IMG/VR virus record: IMGVR_UViG_3300046168_000072
Span: 32,001 to 96,000 of that record
Length of the DNA stretch: 64,000 nt
Source of the DNA: a virus
Reading direction: 5' to 3' (one strand)
The position numbers were made by a program, and so were the translations under genes. A model generated the notes under the pieces. That model had not been told where the DNA came from. It worked only from the letters and a program-made list of their open reading frames with translations, and made no database searches. Below, piece after piece: positions 36,909 to 47,487 of this stretch (positions within the stretch are counted from its first letter, which is position 1; each line of letters opens with the position of its first letter).

Positions 36909-37343
36909 TTATCGCCTTTTACTTGGTATAGCGTAAAAACCAACCACCATAAAGCATAAATCCATGAAAGATGATAACATTAAACCGCCTGTCATTTGAA
37001 CCATCTCCCAATCTTTCGCGCCAAAAACAAAACTAAAAAATCCAAATCTTGCTCCATCTCCTTTAGGAACAATTATATCATAACTAATTGTTGGATTGTG
37101 TGCATAAAATATCATTAAATAACACATTGTGAATGTGATCGCCATGAATAAAACGCGGCGAGTAACTTTAACGAATGGGTCAGAAGCCGTTTCGTTTTGA
37201 TTTTTGATTAGCGCTTCTAGCATCATATTATCTCTAGCCGCTAAAATCATTTGATCTTGACGTTTTTGCTCTAACCAAGCATTAATTAAATTACAGGCCA
37301 GCTTAATGCCAGCACCAATGATAGTGTTAATAATAGGACCCAT
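36909..37343 (-). CDS. Membrane protein, holin-like topology
   Basis: 144 aa, 2-3 hydrophobic segments, VVGFY..R-type C-terminus. Confidence 0.45.
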   Translation of the reverse strand: MGPIINTIIGAGIKLACNLINAWLEQKRQDQMILAARDNMMLEALIKNQNETASDPFVKVTRRVLFMAITFTMCYLMIFYAHNPTISYDIIVPKGDGARFGFFSFVFGAKDWEMVQMTGGLMLSSFMDLCFMVVGFYAIPSKRR

Positions 37344-37357
37344 AAATGGGTTTACAC

Positions 37358-38350
37358 TTAATATCCTTCAGATTCGCTGCAATTTTGCATTTGATCATAG
37401 ATCCAGGCATATGTTTTTTCAAGACCATCTTCTAATGTAATAGAAGGGGCCCAGCCTAAAACTTCTTTGATCATAGTGTTGTCGCTATTTCGACCACGAA
37501 CACCTTGAGGCGCATCAAGATTATAATTTCTTTTTAGTTTAATGCCGCCGATTCCTTCAACAATATCAACAAGTTGATTGATGGATACCATGCGATCACT
37601 TCCAAGATTTAATGGGCGAGAATCACCTTTTTGCCACATCAATTCCATGCCAGTGATACAATCATCAATAAACATGAACGAACGAGTTTGCTCACCGTCC
37701 CCCCAGATTTCAATTTCATGCTTGCCGCTCATCTTGGCTTCAATAACCTTGCGACAAATTGCAGCAGGAGCTTTTTCACGACCACCACGCCATGTTCCAA
37801 ATGGGCCATAGACATTGTGGTAACGACAAGTACGGGAATCGATATTAAAATCTTTTCCGTAATAATAAGTAATCAATTCACTAAATAATTTTTCCCAACC
37901 ATATCCATCATCTGGATTTGCTGGAAATACGTCTGATTCTTTGAGCGCTTGAGATGATTCATCTTTAATCTCAGATTGAATTGCAGCTGGATAAACACAA
38001 GCAGTAGAGCTATAAAGAACTTCTTTAACGCCGTTATCTCTTGCGGCCATCATCATATGAGTCTGAATTAAAACATTTTCCATGCAGAGAGCTTGATTAT
38101 TTTCGACAAAACCCATGCCGCCCATATTGCAAGCAAGATTATAAATACGATCAACACCAACACTTAAGTTATGGCAATGATCTTTTTCCTGTAGATTGCA
38201 ATCTGCATGATTCTCAGCGCCATCAAATGTCTGATACCACATGTCTGAGGGTTTAATATCAGCGGCAACAACTTCATGCCCTTGCGCCAATAAATCTTTA
38301 ACTAAATAACCAGCGATAAAACCGCCTGCTCCTCCAACTAATATTTTCAT
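37358..38350 (-). CDS. NAD-dependent epimerase, GDP-mannose 3,5-epimerase-like
   Basis: GAGGFIA, LACNMGGMGF, SSTACVYP, YGWEKL, GGREKAPAAICRK, WGDGEQTRSF, GVRGRNSDN. Confidence 0.88.
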   Translation of the reverse strand: MKILVGGAGGFIAGYLVKDLLAQGHEVVAADIKPSDMWYQTFDGAENHADCNLQEKDHCHNLSVGVDRIYNLACNMGGMGFVENNQALCMENVLIQTHMMMAARDNGVKEVLYSSTACVYPAAIQSEIKDESSQALKESDVFPANPDDGYGWEKLFSELITYYYGKDFNIDSRTCRYHNVYGPFGTWRGGREKAPAAICRKVIEAKMSGKHEIEIWGDGEQTRSFMFIDDCITGMELMWQKGDSRPLNLGSDRMVSINQLVDIVEGIGGIKLKRNYNLDAPQGVRGRNSDNTMIKEVLGWAPSITLEDGLEKTYAWIYDQMQNCSESEGY

Positions 38351-38360
38351 TAATTCTTGA

Positions 38361-38915
38361 TTAATTCTTGACTAAAACAAATTGATCTTTGAAGAGATTG
38401 AATTTAGCAATATCAGCAGTATTGGATCTAAACTCGTCTACAGCTTTAACAACACCAAAATCTAGAGTTTCAATTTGATACTTACCTTCTTGATAATCAT
38501 CACCACAAATTGCTCCACCAGTAGAAATTTTAGGCCACCACAAGTTTAAATCTTCTTTTACGAATTCATAACTATGATCGCCATCAATATAAACCCAGTC
38601 AATTGAACCATCTTCAAAAGAACTAGCAGCTTGAGCGGAAAAGTCTCTGATAATATTCACTCTTTCGTTTCCTGAAAATTTTGCAACAACGCTATCGTGT
38701 ATAGCATCCATTTCATCTTGTGGCGCTGCATGCCAACGAGCAGGCACATTAGTGATGCTTTTCCATGGATCGATTAAATGTAACTTTTTAACTGACTTTT
38801 TTAAGATTTCAGATGAAAAATCACCTTTCCATACGCCTATTTCTGCGCAAACAGCATCGTTTTTTATAAAGTTAAGTGTTTGATTCATGTCATATAAATT
38901 ATATTGGTAGCTCAT
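38361..38915 (-). CDS. Class I SAM methyltransferase (Methyltransf_24-like)
   Basis: AEIGVWKG, LIDPW, YIDGDHSY, GG.ICGDDY, GVVKAVDEF. Confidence 0.85.
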   Translation of the reverse strand: MSYQYNLYDMNQTLNFIKNDAVCAEIGVWKGDFSSEILKKSVKKLHLIDPWKSITNVPARWHAAPQDEMDAIHDSVVAKFSGNERVNIIRDFSAQAASSFEDGSIDWVYIDGDHSYEFVKEDLNLWWPKISTGGAICGDDYQEGKYQIETLDFGVVKAVDEFRSNTADIAKFNLFKDQFVLVKN

Positions 38916-38916
38916 T

Positions 38917-39504
38917 TTAAAAATTATAGTTATATTTTTCGATATCTTCTTGGTATATATTATACACAAGTTTTTTGGTTTCTTCTATGTATAATTGTTG
39001 ATAATTTTGATTGTTTGTTGAGTTAGTTTTTGGCAAAGGTTTTGAATGCAATTTCAAACGAGATAAAATCGCAGCATAATCTTGTTGAATATTTTCAAAG
39101 CGACCAATAAGGTCAATCGACTGATCGATAAAATAACCAAACGGTTGAAAGTGGATACCAGATTCAAAAGACCCTTTTTCTCGTTTCATTAATTTCATAA
39201 AATCAGGTATATGATTGACAAATTCACCAAAACTCATTTGATTTGCAGCGTCCGATATAATACTGTTTCTTTTGTACCAGCGGTGGCCTTCCTTCAATTT
39301 ACGAAAATATTTATAAGCCGAAACTATTCGATCATATGGATTACGAACAAAAGTAAATGAAAAATAATCAAGATATTCGGAATGATAAGACATCGGAGAA
39401 TGCCCCGAAAACCCTACGGACTTTAATTCCAATTGCTGATTTATTGAACTGCCCGCGCATTTCGGGATATGCACAAAAATACATTGTCTATCGTGTGATA
39501 TCAT
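38917..39504 (-). CDS. Sulfotransferase family 2 (carbohydrate sulfotransferase-like)
   Basis: FVHIPKCAGSS (5'-PSB), FVRNPYDRIVSAY (3'-PB), HFQP, GRFEN, Y.ED...Y. Confidence 0.88.
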   Translation of the reverse strand: MISHDRQCIFVHIPKCAGSSINQQLELKSVGFSGHSPMSYHSEYLDYFSFTFVRNPYDRIVSAYKYFRKLKEGHRWYKRNSIISDAANQMSFGEFVNHIPDFMKLMKREKGSFESGIHFQPFGYFIDQSIDLIGRFENIQQDYAAILSRLKLHSKPLPKTNSTNNQNYQQLYIEETKKLVYNIYQEDIEKYNYNF

Positions 39505-40207
39505 TAGTCGGCATACACCATAGTTTTATTACATTTTGGAAGGTCGGGGATATTGAAACCGTCTCGCTTCATGTGCTCTATTAAATTGTTAGTCATCTTT
39601 CCGCAATCTAAGCTTTCTGCTATATTAATATAATTTACGGGACTAGTATATAGATTTTTAATCGGCGCTTCTCTCATCAAGGGATATAATTTAGCTAATG
39701 GATAATGTTCTTCAAGGACGGGGTTTAAATATAAAGATTCGATAATTTCTTTTTTTATCCATTGTGGCTGGAATATCTGATGATGGTTTCTTTTTTGTAT
39801 TAATTCATAGCCGCTGATATTTTGAGTGATGTTTGAGTACGCTGTTTCAGCATCAGAGTTTTTTGTGAACATAAACCCGCCGATCTCTGGAGTATTATGC
39901 TGATATAGATCTTGTATAATTTTTTTGTTTTAAAATCAAGAATATATTTATCATCTTGCGCCCACCATATAAATTCATTAGGCTGAGTTACAGAAAGCAG
40001 GGTTCGGATCGTAGGTTTTACGGCACTGTCAGTTTGTAATAGCTTGACTTTATCTGCACCGTATTGATCAACTAAATGATCAGGTTTAATATTATTCCAT
40101 GGAACATAAAAAACAAAAGGATTATCGGGCCAGTGTTTAAAATACGTATATAAAACATATTCCATAACCGGCATATTGCGATCAAAGGTAAAACAAATAG
40201 CTTTCAT
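39504..40207 (-). CDS. GT-A-like protein, frameshifted at T7 (39920-39926)
   Basis: Two overlapping ORFs join if one base is added; WAQDD motif. Confidence 0.55.
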
Positions 40208-40872
40208 TTATTAATATTGAATTTTAGCACAGGCTTATCTTTCCATGGATTGATTTGCGCTGGCAAGATGCCGCATTTTTCTAAATATTTAGCTATAGCA
40301 AGATCTTCGTATATATCATAGTTTCTAATTTCTGAAAGCTCATAAAAATGTTTGAATTTGTTCAATGATTTAGAACTAAGGAAATAAGTTGTACCTCCAT
40401 CAATCCAATCTACATACTTGCCATTATATCTTTTATTGTACCAAGGAGAATCCTCTCTAACTCTTCCTATATGCCAGCCCCGCTTACCTTCTCCCCGCAT
40501 TAACTTGAAGCCTGCATAATCAAGTCTACCTAATGAATCTATCAATGCTTGCTCGCGCACCTGATTCCAACGCATAAAATCAACATCATCATCTATCTTC
40601 CAAAAGTAATCATATTGATTTCCATAATTATTGGTAGCTAAATATTTATAAATGCCAAACATTTTCTCTGGCAAATCTTCATATAAATCACGAGATTTAA
40701 TTTGAATAACATTTTTTTCTAGCTGTTTTTCTTCTTGGCCACCAACAAAGATTAAATAATCACCAAGGTTCCATTTAGCAACACGAACTTTTATATCTTC
40801 AATCCTGTGGATATATTTATGGCAGCACACAAAAACTTTAAATATTTTTCTATAAGAACTTTGCATGGTCAA
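40204..40872 (-). CDS. GT31/Fringe-like galactosyltransferase
   Basis: D.YEDLPEK, KIDDDV, GGTTYFLS, EDL. Confidence 0.75.
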   Translation of the reverse strand: MTMQSSYRKIFKVFVCCHKYIHRIEDIKVRVAKWNLGDYLIFVGGQEEKQLEKNVIQIKSRDLYEDLPEKMFGIYKYLATNNYGNQYDYFWKIDDDVDFMRWNQVREQALIDSLGRLDYAGFKLMRGEGKRGWHIGRVREDSPWYNKRYNGKYVDWIDGGTTYFLSSKSLNKFKHFYELSEIRNYDIYEDLAIAKYLEKCGILPAQINPWKDKPVLKFNINK

Positions 40873-40874
40873 TT

Positions 40875-41606
40875 TTATAGTCGCATTCTAGAAGCCCAAA
40901 AAGGAAATTGAGGTCTAAAAGTTTTGCCATTTCCGTCAGCTTCGTTTTGTTTTAAGAGCTCTGCCCCGTATTTTTTGCATACAACGCTAAAAATAGATTG
41001 GTCATGGCGATTCTCTATAAAGCCTTCATGCTGAGAAAGGTTGCTATAGTGGTCAGTAAAAAGATTTCGATCAGATTTTAAAGCATTCAAGCAAGTCTGG
41101 TAAATCATATTAACATGTTTACAGTTTTTCATAAATGCTATCCCTGCAATGAGCTGAGGTGATAGAAAAATTTCTGACTCAATACTTACATTAAAAAAAT
41201 CAAAAATTTGATTGGTTGTCCATGCGTACTCTGGGTATGCTGGTTGGGGATGAACTAATAATCCATAATCAGATTTATTTATTGTATCAATGTATTCAAA
41301 AAATCTTTTTTTCCCTTTTGGGTTTATTGTTGATCCAGAATCTAAATAAAGTAATAAATCATCTTTATCTATTTTGTCAAGTTTTTGTTTGATAATCTGA
41401 GGTTTCCATATCCAATAGCCGCCGCCTTTTTTAGTTGACAATATATTGGCGTATTCTTTTCGAAAATCTTCATATAGGTCTTCTGGTCCAAAAGCTTCTA
41501 CACTGTCAAATTCTCTAAAATCAATTGCTTCTTGTTTAATTCTTTCTTTTGACTTTTTAAATCTGTCGTCGCCATAAGTTATAAAGTGTAATTTCATATT
41601 AGCCAA
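40875..41606 (-). CDS. Putative glycosyltransferase
   Basis: GGGYWIWKP, YLDSG, ENRHDQSIFS. Confidence 0.6.
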   Translation of the reverse strand: MANMKLHFITYGDDRFKKSKERIKQEAIDFREFDSVEAFGPEDLYEDFRKEYANILSTKKGGGYWIWKPQIIKQKLDKIDKDDLLLYLDSGSTINPKGKKRFFEYIDTINKSDYGLLVHPQPAYPEYAWTTNQIFDFFNVSIESEIFLSPQLIAGIAFMKNCKHVNMIYQTCLNALKSDRNLFTDHYSNLSQHEGFIENRHDQSIFSVVCKKYGAELLKQNEADGNGKTFRPQFPFWASRMRL

Positions 41607-42222
41607 TGATTAAATTGTTTCATCTTTTGTATTTTGCCTTCTATGGAATTTACACAATTATAATGAACAATAGATGGTTCTAGTTTTTTATTGTATTTAT
41701 ACCAACGATACCCATTAGGAAAAGAATCTTGATCAAGCTTATGAACTTTTACATGAGAGTATTTATCTGATTGTAATTTAGTGTGAATATAATTTTGATC
41801 ACTTTGTTCGCCGTCTAAGACAAGCTTCTCACTCGTGTCAAAAAGATCTATTGTTAAAACAGAAGGCTTAACCATATAAAAGCCCGTGCAAAGCCTGCTA
41901 AAGTCATTCTGCCCAACAATATCAAAATCATCAAGCAGCCCATATATATATTCTACAGGATCTTTCAGGTAAAAAATATCTAAATCAGTGCAAAAAACGG
42001 TATAACCTTGTTTTAGTAATTGATGAGTATAGTCTAATTTTTTATATACAGTATCAAGAAACCTTGACTTTGCCAGTCTCCCGATTTTGTGTCAACATTT
42101 ATAATTTCGACACTAGAAATAATTGAATCAAAGGACGATATATTGGAACAAAAATTGTCATGAATGGACTTATATTTATCATCGCCCGAACTAATCACTG
42201 AAATTAATTTTAAGTTGTTCAT
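41594..42222 (-). CDS. Nucleotide-diphospho-sugar transferase (GT77-like), frameshifted near 42060
   Basis: Restored frame reads TDLDIFYLKDP...CTGFY...DQ...FPNG...VHYN...K. Confidence 0.7.
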
Positions 42223-42997
42223 TAGCAAAAAGGATAAGGCTCATCGAAAGAAACATAATGATATCGCTTTTCATCCCAAACATAATGATCTACTAGTGTT
42301 GACGGACCGTAAGGATATCTCGGATAAAATAAAGGCGCATATATTTTAGTAGCATTAGATAAAAATGCCGCCCACCAAGAAAACGTAGAATTTGCAACAC
42401 ATATTTGATCAGAAGAAGATATAAAGCGAAATCATCCCAAGGAGACTCAGAAATAATTTCATGATTATATTTATTAAATTGAGTAAAGTAAGAATCTTTT
42501 GGAGAGTCTGTGACTAAATAGATCTTAGAAGGCTTGGCATGATCAATGCATTTTTTATAAAAAGAAAAAGGTAATAGCCAGCCATAATTTTTGAAGTCAC
42601 CAATTCTGATGTGTATAACTAAATCGTTGTCTTCTGCTTGGGGTGAAGGTTTGCTGAAATTAAGCCACTGCTTGATATTTATTTTGTGAGGTTGATAATA
42701 TTCATATCTTTGAAATTCTCCTTGAACAATCAACTTACAAGGATTATGGTCGACCCCATGAATCCTGTGAGATAATTCTTGCGGGCTATGAGCAACATTA
42801 AACTCGGGCTGTTTAATTATTTTTCCATTAACTTTTTGTTTTAAGTTTGGAAAATTATGAATATATTTTTCAATATCAGCGCCCTTAACTTCGGCATTTA
42901 GATGGTAGCCAAAACGTTCAGCCAAAATTCTGCCTATACAATAAGTAAATAAGTGGTTCCCAAACCTACTCCATTTAGTATATTTTACTTTGACCAT
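42222..42997 (-). CDS. Alpha-1,2-fucosyltransferase (GT11-like), frameshifted near 42430
   Basis: RFGNHLF, G.FQ, IHIRIGDF; shifted frame gives ANSTFSWWAAFL and stops at a TAATG junction at 42222. Confidence 0.8.
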
Positions 42998-43603
42998 TTT
43001 TTTATAATTAAGAAATTTTAAATCGTTTGAGTAAACACACTCTAATATATTAAGAGACTCTTTATTTAAAATTTGATTTTTATCCCTATTAACGCCTTGA
43101 TTTTTATGAGGTATATCAGTGGTGACTCCAAATGTAGATAAAATTTTAGGTAGTTCGTCACTAATGTTTTCTAACCGAACCAAGTGATCCACAAGAAGAG
43201 TGTTTTCAAAATAAAAAGCGTTCCATTGAAGTTGGAAATGTAAATTTATTTTATTGGGGTTAGATTTTTTTGTTAAGTTTTTTTGTACAAAATCATTGAT
43301 ATCAGAGCATGGATCTATTCGATTTTTTTTAGAAAGATAAAAATAAGCCGAAATGAATTTATCTAAAGGATGTCTAGATATTCCAAATGTTGTTAAGCTG
43401 AGCCATTCTTTGGTATTTAAGTAAATATCGGCAAATTTCATCCATTCTTTTTTGTCGTCTTTTTTGACGACGGCTCTATCTTTAAGGATGTTTCTGGTGA
43501 TGCTGGTTTGAGCCGCCTTGTTAATAGGAACATAGGCGAACTGACCAAGTCTATCAAAAATAACAGGATTGGGAAGCTTGAGGAGATATTCAAATTTATC
43601 CAT
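42975..43603 (-). CDS. Sulfotransferase family 2 (read in frame into the GT11 gene at an A7 run)
   Basis: PINKAAQTSI, RHPLDKFISAY, HFQLQ, RLEN, Y.ND...L.Y. Confidence 0.75.
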
Positions 43604-44393
43604 TTGGGAAAACCTCTAAATGAGCTTTTGATTTTGCAGAATCTTCAGAAAGGCCTTGTGATATTAGATGCCACTTTTTATTGAAATATGCTTTTCCTAA
43701 ATGACTTGTAAATTGTTTAGGATTTTTATCGTGATCTAGGTGAAAGCCAATTGTTTGAAGGCAAAATTTAATTGATTTACCTAGCCTTGATAATCTCCTA
43801 GCTATATCAAAGTCTTCTCCACCCCAACCTTTAAAATTTTCATCTAAACCCCCAACTTCATAGAAATCTTTTCTTCTGCAGGACCAATTTCCTCCGTGCA
43901 TTCTTCTTGCAACAGTGTCTTTCCCGTCAAAAAGATAGGGTTTCTCTTTTTTTTCGATAAATCGAGATCTCCTGTCCTTATTAGATAGAGATCTGATGAA
44001 TCCAAAATCGCTCTTGATTAAATCTTTAGTCACAAGGTGAACTTTATCCATTGGTATTGAGGGGTAGGAGCCTGCTACCACATTGTTTTCGAATTGTAAA
44101 TGAGAATGGATGTGATCTGGAGACCATATAATATCTGAATTACCAAAAATTAATCTATCTCCAGTTGCTAGTTCGGCACCGCGATTCCAAATATATGCAA
44201 GCCTATAACCCTCATTTGGACGGCTGAAATATCGTATCCCTTCTTTCTCTAAATATTCTATTGTACCGTCCGTTGATCCATCATCTGCTATAATGATTTC
44301 AAAATCTTTTTCTGTTTGATAGCGCAAGCTTTCAATGCTTAGCTCTAATGAAGGTAAGTTATTGTAGGAGGAGAGGATTATCGAAGCTTTCAT
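43596..44393 (-). CDS. GT2 glycosyltransferase with GT7C-like C-terminus
   Basis: IIADDGSTD, N.G...A.G, GGLDENFKGWGGED, HLDH. Confidence 0.88.
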   Translation of the reverse strand: MKASIILSSYNNLPSLELSIESLRYQTEKDFEIIIADDGSTDGTIEYLEKEGIRYFSRPNEGYRLAYIWNRGAELATGDRLIFGNSDIIWSPDHIHSHLQFENNVVAGSYPSIPMDKVHLVTKDLIKSDFGFIRSLSNKDRRSRFIEKKEKPYLFDGKDTVARRMHGGNWSCRRKDFYEVGGLDENFKGWGGEDFDIARRLSRLGKSIKFCLQTIGFHLDHDKNPKQFTSHLGKAYFNKKWHLISQGLSEDSAKSKAHLEVFPNG

Positions 44394-44411
44394 TACCCAA
44401 ATTCATAACAG

Positions 44412-45083
44412 CTAATCATAGCTAATACTATCTCCTTTCTTGTTTTTATTCCATTTTTTGATATTATTTTTTTCGTTCCATTCTCTACCTATATGATTAA
44501 ATACGCCGTTAAAATGCACTCGTTTGATGTTTTTAAAATGATCTTTTTGTTGTTTTCGCTTGTTGCAGTGGTAGTCGATTAGTAGTTGCTCAGGGTCTTG
44601 TTTGGTTGAATTAATCGAATAAGGGTAGTAAACTTGATCTATAAAGAACTGCTTACTCCACATAGAAGGGTGAAAAGAAAATTCAAACAAATGATTGGCG
44701 TGAAAACCAATATAATCATAATCACTATCTATCAATTCTTGAATGTTAAAACTGATGTCATGATTTTTATCATCTTCTAGCCAAAAAACATAACCTCTAT
44801 CATTGAGATTGTTTATGTTATTGTAACATTGATTTGTGAGTGTGTTTGCGGCTGTAAAAAAACAGGACTTGGGGGGTTGACTAATAACACAATCAATATT
44901 ATTAGTTATTGATTTAAAATTTTTGTAAGTTTCGGTCTGGTCGCCAAGCGCAGGGTCAATATTAATAAACCACTTAGCTTTAATGCCTTGAGAACGCAAA
45001 TCTTCTGAGAAGCTTAAAAGACATTCGCTGTGCAGCGATGGCCTGCAGATTGCGGTAGTTAATATATAAAGATCGTAATTCAT
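44412..45083 (-). CDS. Putative GT-A glycosyltransferase
   Basis: TAICRP, INID, WLEDD, HPSMW, DPE, HIGREW. Confidence 0.6.
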   Translation of the reverse strand: MNYDLYILTTAICRPSLHSECLLSFSEDLRSQGIKAKWFINIDPALGDQTETYKNFKSITNNIDCVISQPPKSCFFTAANTLTNQCYNNINNLNDRGYVFWLEDDKNHDISFNIQELIDSDYDYIGFHANHLFEFSFHPSMWSKQFFIDQVYYPYSINSTKQDPEQLLIDYHCNKRKQQKDHFKNIKRVHFNGVFNHIGREWNEKNNIKKWNKNKKGDSISYD

Positions 45084-45782
45084 TTAGCCAGACCTCTCAT
45101 GTGCAATATTTTGCAATTTTTAAATAAAGACCCGTTCGTTTTTAACTCACCATATCTAAGGTTGTAAATTTTTGAATCTAGCTCAAAAATAGAAACATTA
45201 TCTACGCACTCTTTGAGGTTTTTGAATTTTGGTTTTGCTTTTTTATATTTGAACCGTAATAAATTATTAAATGCTCCTTGGTCGCAAATCTTCTCAATTC
45301 CTTTTTTTTTCATCTTTTTTACAGAATCAAACCAATGACTGATGAAGACGGAGGTGTCTTCTAGGTAAGTATTGAATCCAAAAACACCTGTATTGTAAGC
45401 TGTTGGATGAATGAATTCTCGGGCGCAAGCAAAATTATTGTAGTTTAAAAAATCGAATAACTCAGAAATGTCACCTTTAATTTCAGTATCAGTATCAATG
45501 AAGAAAGTTTTATCATAAGGAGATCGAGAAATGCACTCGACTTTTGGTAAAAGACCAACATCATTTTTCTGGTAAATAATGTTAGTTCCATCAAACTTTT
45601 TATCTAGCAATTCTTGGTAATCCCGTGAAAACGGTAATAGGCAGTGTTGGGTTATGCTTTTTTAAAGAACGAAAAGAATGCATGAGCTCTTTTAAAATCC
45701 TCTTTTTGTTTGGGTTAAATTTTTGTTTAGCTGGAGAAGAAAGGGGGTCAAAAGCTCCATAAATTATGCCACAGTCTTTCAT
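45080..45782 (-). CDS. DxD glycosyltransferase (GT8-like), frameshifted near 45623
   Basis: SPYDKTFFIDTDT, NTGVF, DQ, YNLR, ILH; paralog of 46681-47487. Confidence 0.65.
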
Positions 45783-46694
45783 TTTATGAATGCCCTATAC
45801 ACTTCTTTGATTTCTTCTTGTAAATATTTTTTATAGCCATTCCACCAGCTTATGTTTTTATGCCTTAGTTCCTCTAGCTGTTTTTGGTTTGACGTATAAT
45901 ACTTTATTAATTCATAAGCTTCATTACTGCATTCAGCTTTCGGCCACTCAAAGCCTATGTCTCCTACGGTCATTAAAGGGTGATCTTCTCCGTACCAAGA
46001 CTTGTATAGATCGTAATCTTGCAAATGGCTAAATTTTTGAATGATCGGTATTGCTCCAGCCTCTAAAGCTTCGTATGTACGATAACATTCTAAATTAAAA
46101 TTACCCCTAAAACTGGGAATAAAATGAGACTCAAGCATCAAGTCTCGATAATCTGCGACGTTTAAGCTTTCTGGAGCATCCCAAAAAGATATGTCATGAA
46201 GATGATACGGTGTTAGCTCTTCTAGTTTTGAGATCGTTTTTCGCCTACCTGATTTTTTTGCAGTTCCAGCAAAAGACCAATTATATTTTCTAAAATTATT
46301 TGATTGCGCCAAAGATTTAGATTCTTTATTAAAAACCATCCCAGAATCCAGCTTTGTAACCAAGCGGAAACGTAAATAAATTTTCTTGAGAGAAATCAGG
46401 GTTAAAATAGTTTCTAAAGATAAATTGGCAAGACTTTTCCATATAAACACTCAGGTCTTGTTTAGTAGGTAGATGTTCGTCTTTTAGGTTGATTAAAATA
46501 AAATCTATACCTTTGTTTAAATAAGGTCGAAACTTACATAACTGGGGATTATCTGTGACAATAATTGAATTTTCTCCGACAAAACCCCTCTCTCGATAAA
46601 TGAACTCAAAGTCGGGCGAAGAGAAGAATATTTCTTTTAACCAATTAGACTCCCAGGTGGCATTAGTTTTGAGAATAACATTAATTTGTTTCAT
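45779..46694 (-). CDS. Exostosin/GT47-like glycosyltransferase, frameshifted at A5 (46331-46335)
   Basis: DEH, RNY, PLGY, WSFAG, S.F.P..RGN..ECYRTYEALEAGAIPII. Confidence 0.72.
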
Positions 46695-47487
46695 CACCAG
46701 TATTAAACTTAAGAGTGTTTAGTCTCCATAGGTTTCTAAAATGCAAGATCATGGTTTGAGATAAATCAAAGCCTGACCTCTTGTTGGTTAAATACTGTTT
46801 TTTTCCCTGCAATTATAAATGTTATTATCTATAACTGAATAATCAAGCCCATGAAGACTTTCTTGTATTTTTTTTAACTTTAGGATTGGGGTCTTTAATT
46901 TTTAACAACTTTAATAAATGATTGAGTTCCCCTTGGTCATCTGGTAATTTGTTTCCAAAAGTTTCACCTTTTTTATGGCGCTCAATAAGCAAGTCTTTTT
47001 TTGCAAGCATACGCTCTAGCCACGTAGATAAAAGCTTAAATCCGAAGCCTCTTGATCCATTAACCGCAAAAAAGCCTGTGTTCAAAATGTCAGGATTATG
47101 GAACTCTCTAGATATCAGGAAATCCTTAGAACTTAATTCTTTGAAAATTTCAGGAAAAGGATAATTAACTTGGGTGTCACAATCAAGGAATACAGTTTTG
47201 TCATGAGGAGAATTATTCAAAGCATGAACCTTAGGAATAAAGCCCCAATCATTTTTAATTTCAATAACTATATCAACATCTAAATAGTTTTCTAGCAAGT
47301 CTTCATAATCCGTAAATAATGTGACGGGTATTTCTGGGTGGTGCTTCTTAAAGCTCAAAAAGGAATGCATAAATTCAAGGTTAATCCTTTTATTGGAAGA
47401 GTTGAATTTAAATGGAGCGGGTGATTTTTCAGGATCAACCGCCACATAAACGACTCCCTTTTCTAAAAATAGACCGTCTTTATGCAC
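46681..47487 (-). CDS. DxD glycosyltransferase (GT8-like), two frameshifts (~46870, ~46800)
   Basis: SPHDKTVFLDCDT, NTGFF, DDQ; restored tail YNCR...ILHFR. Confidence 0.62.
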
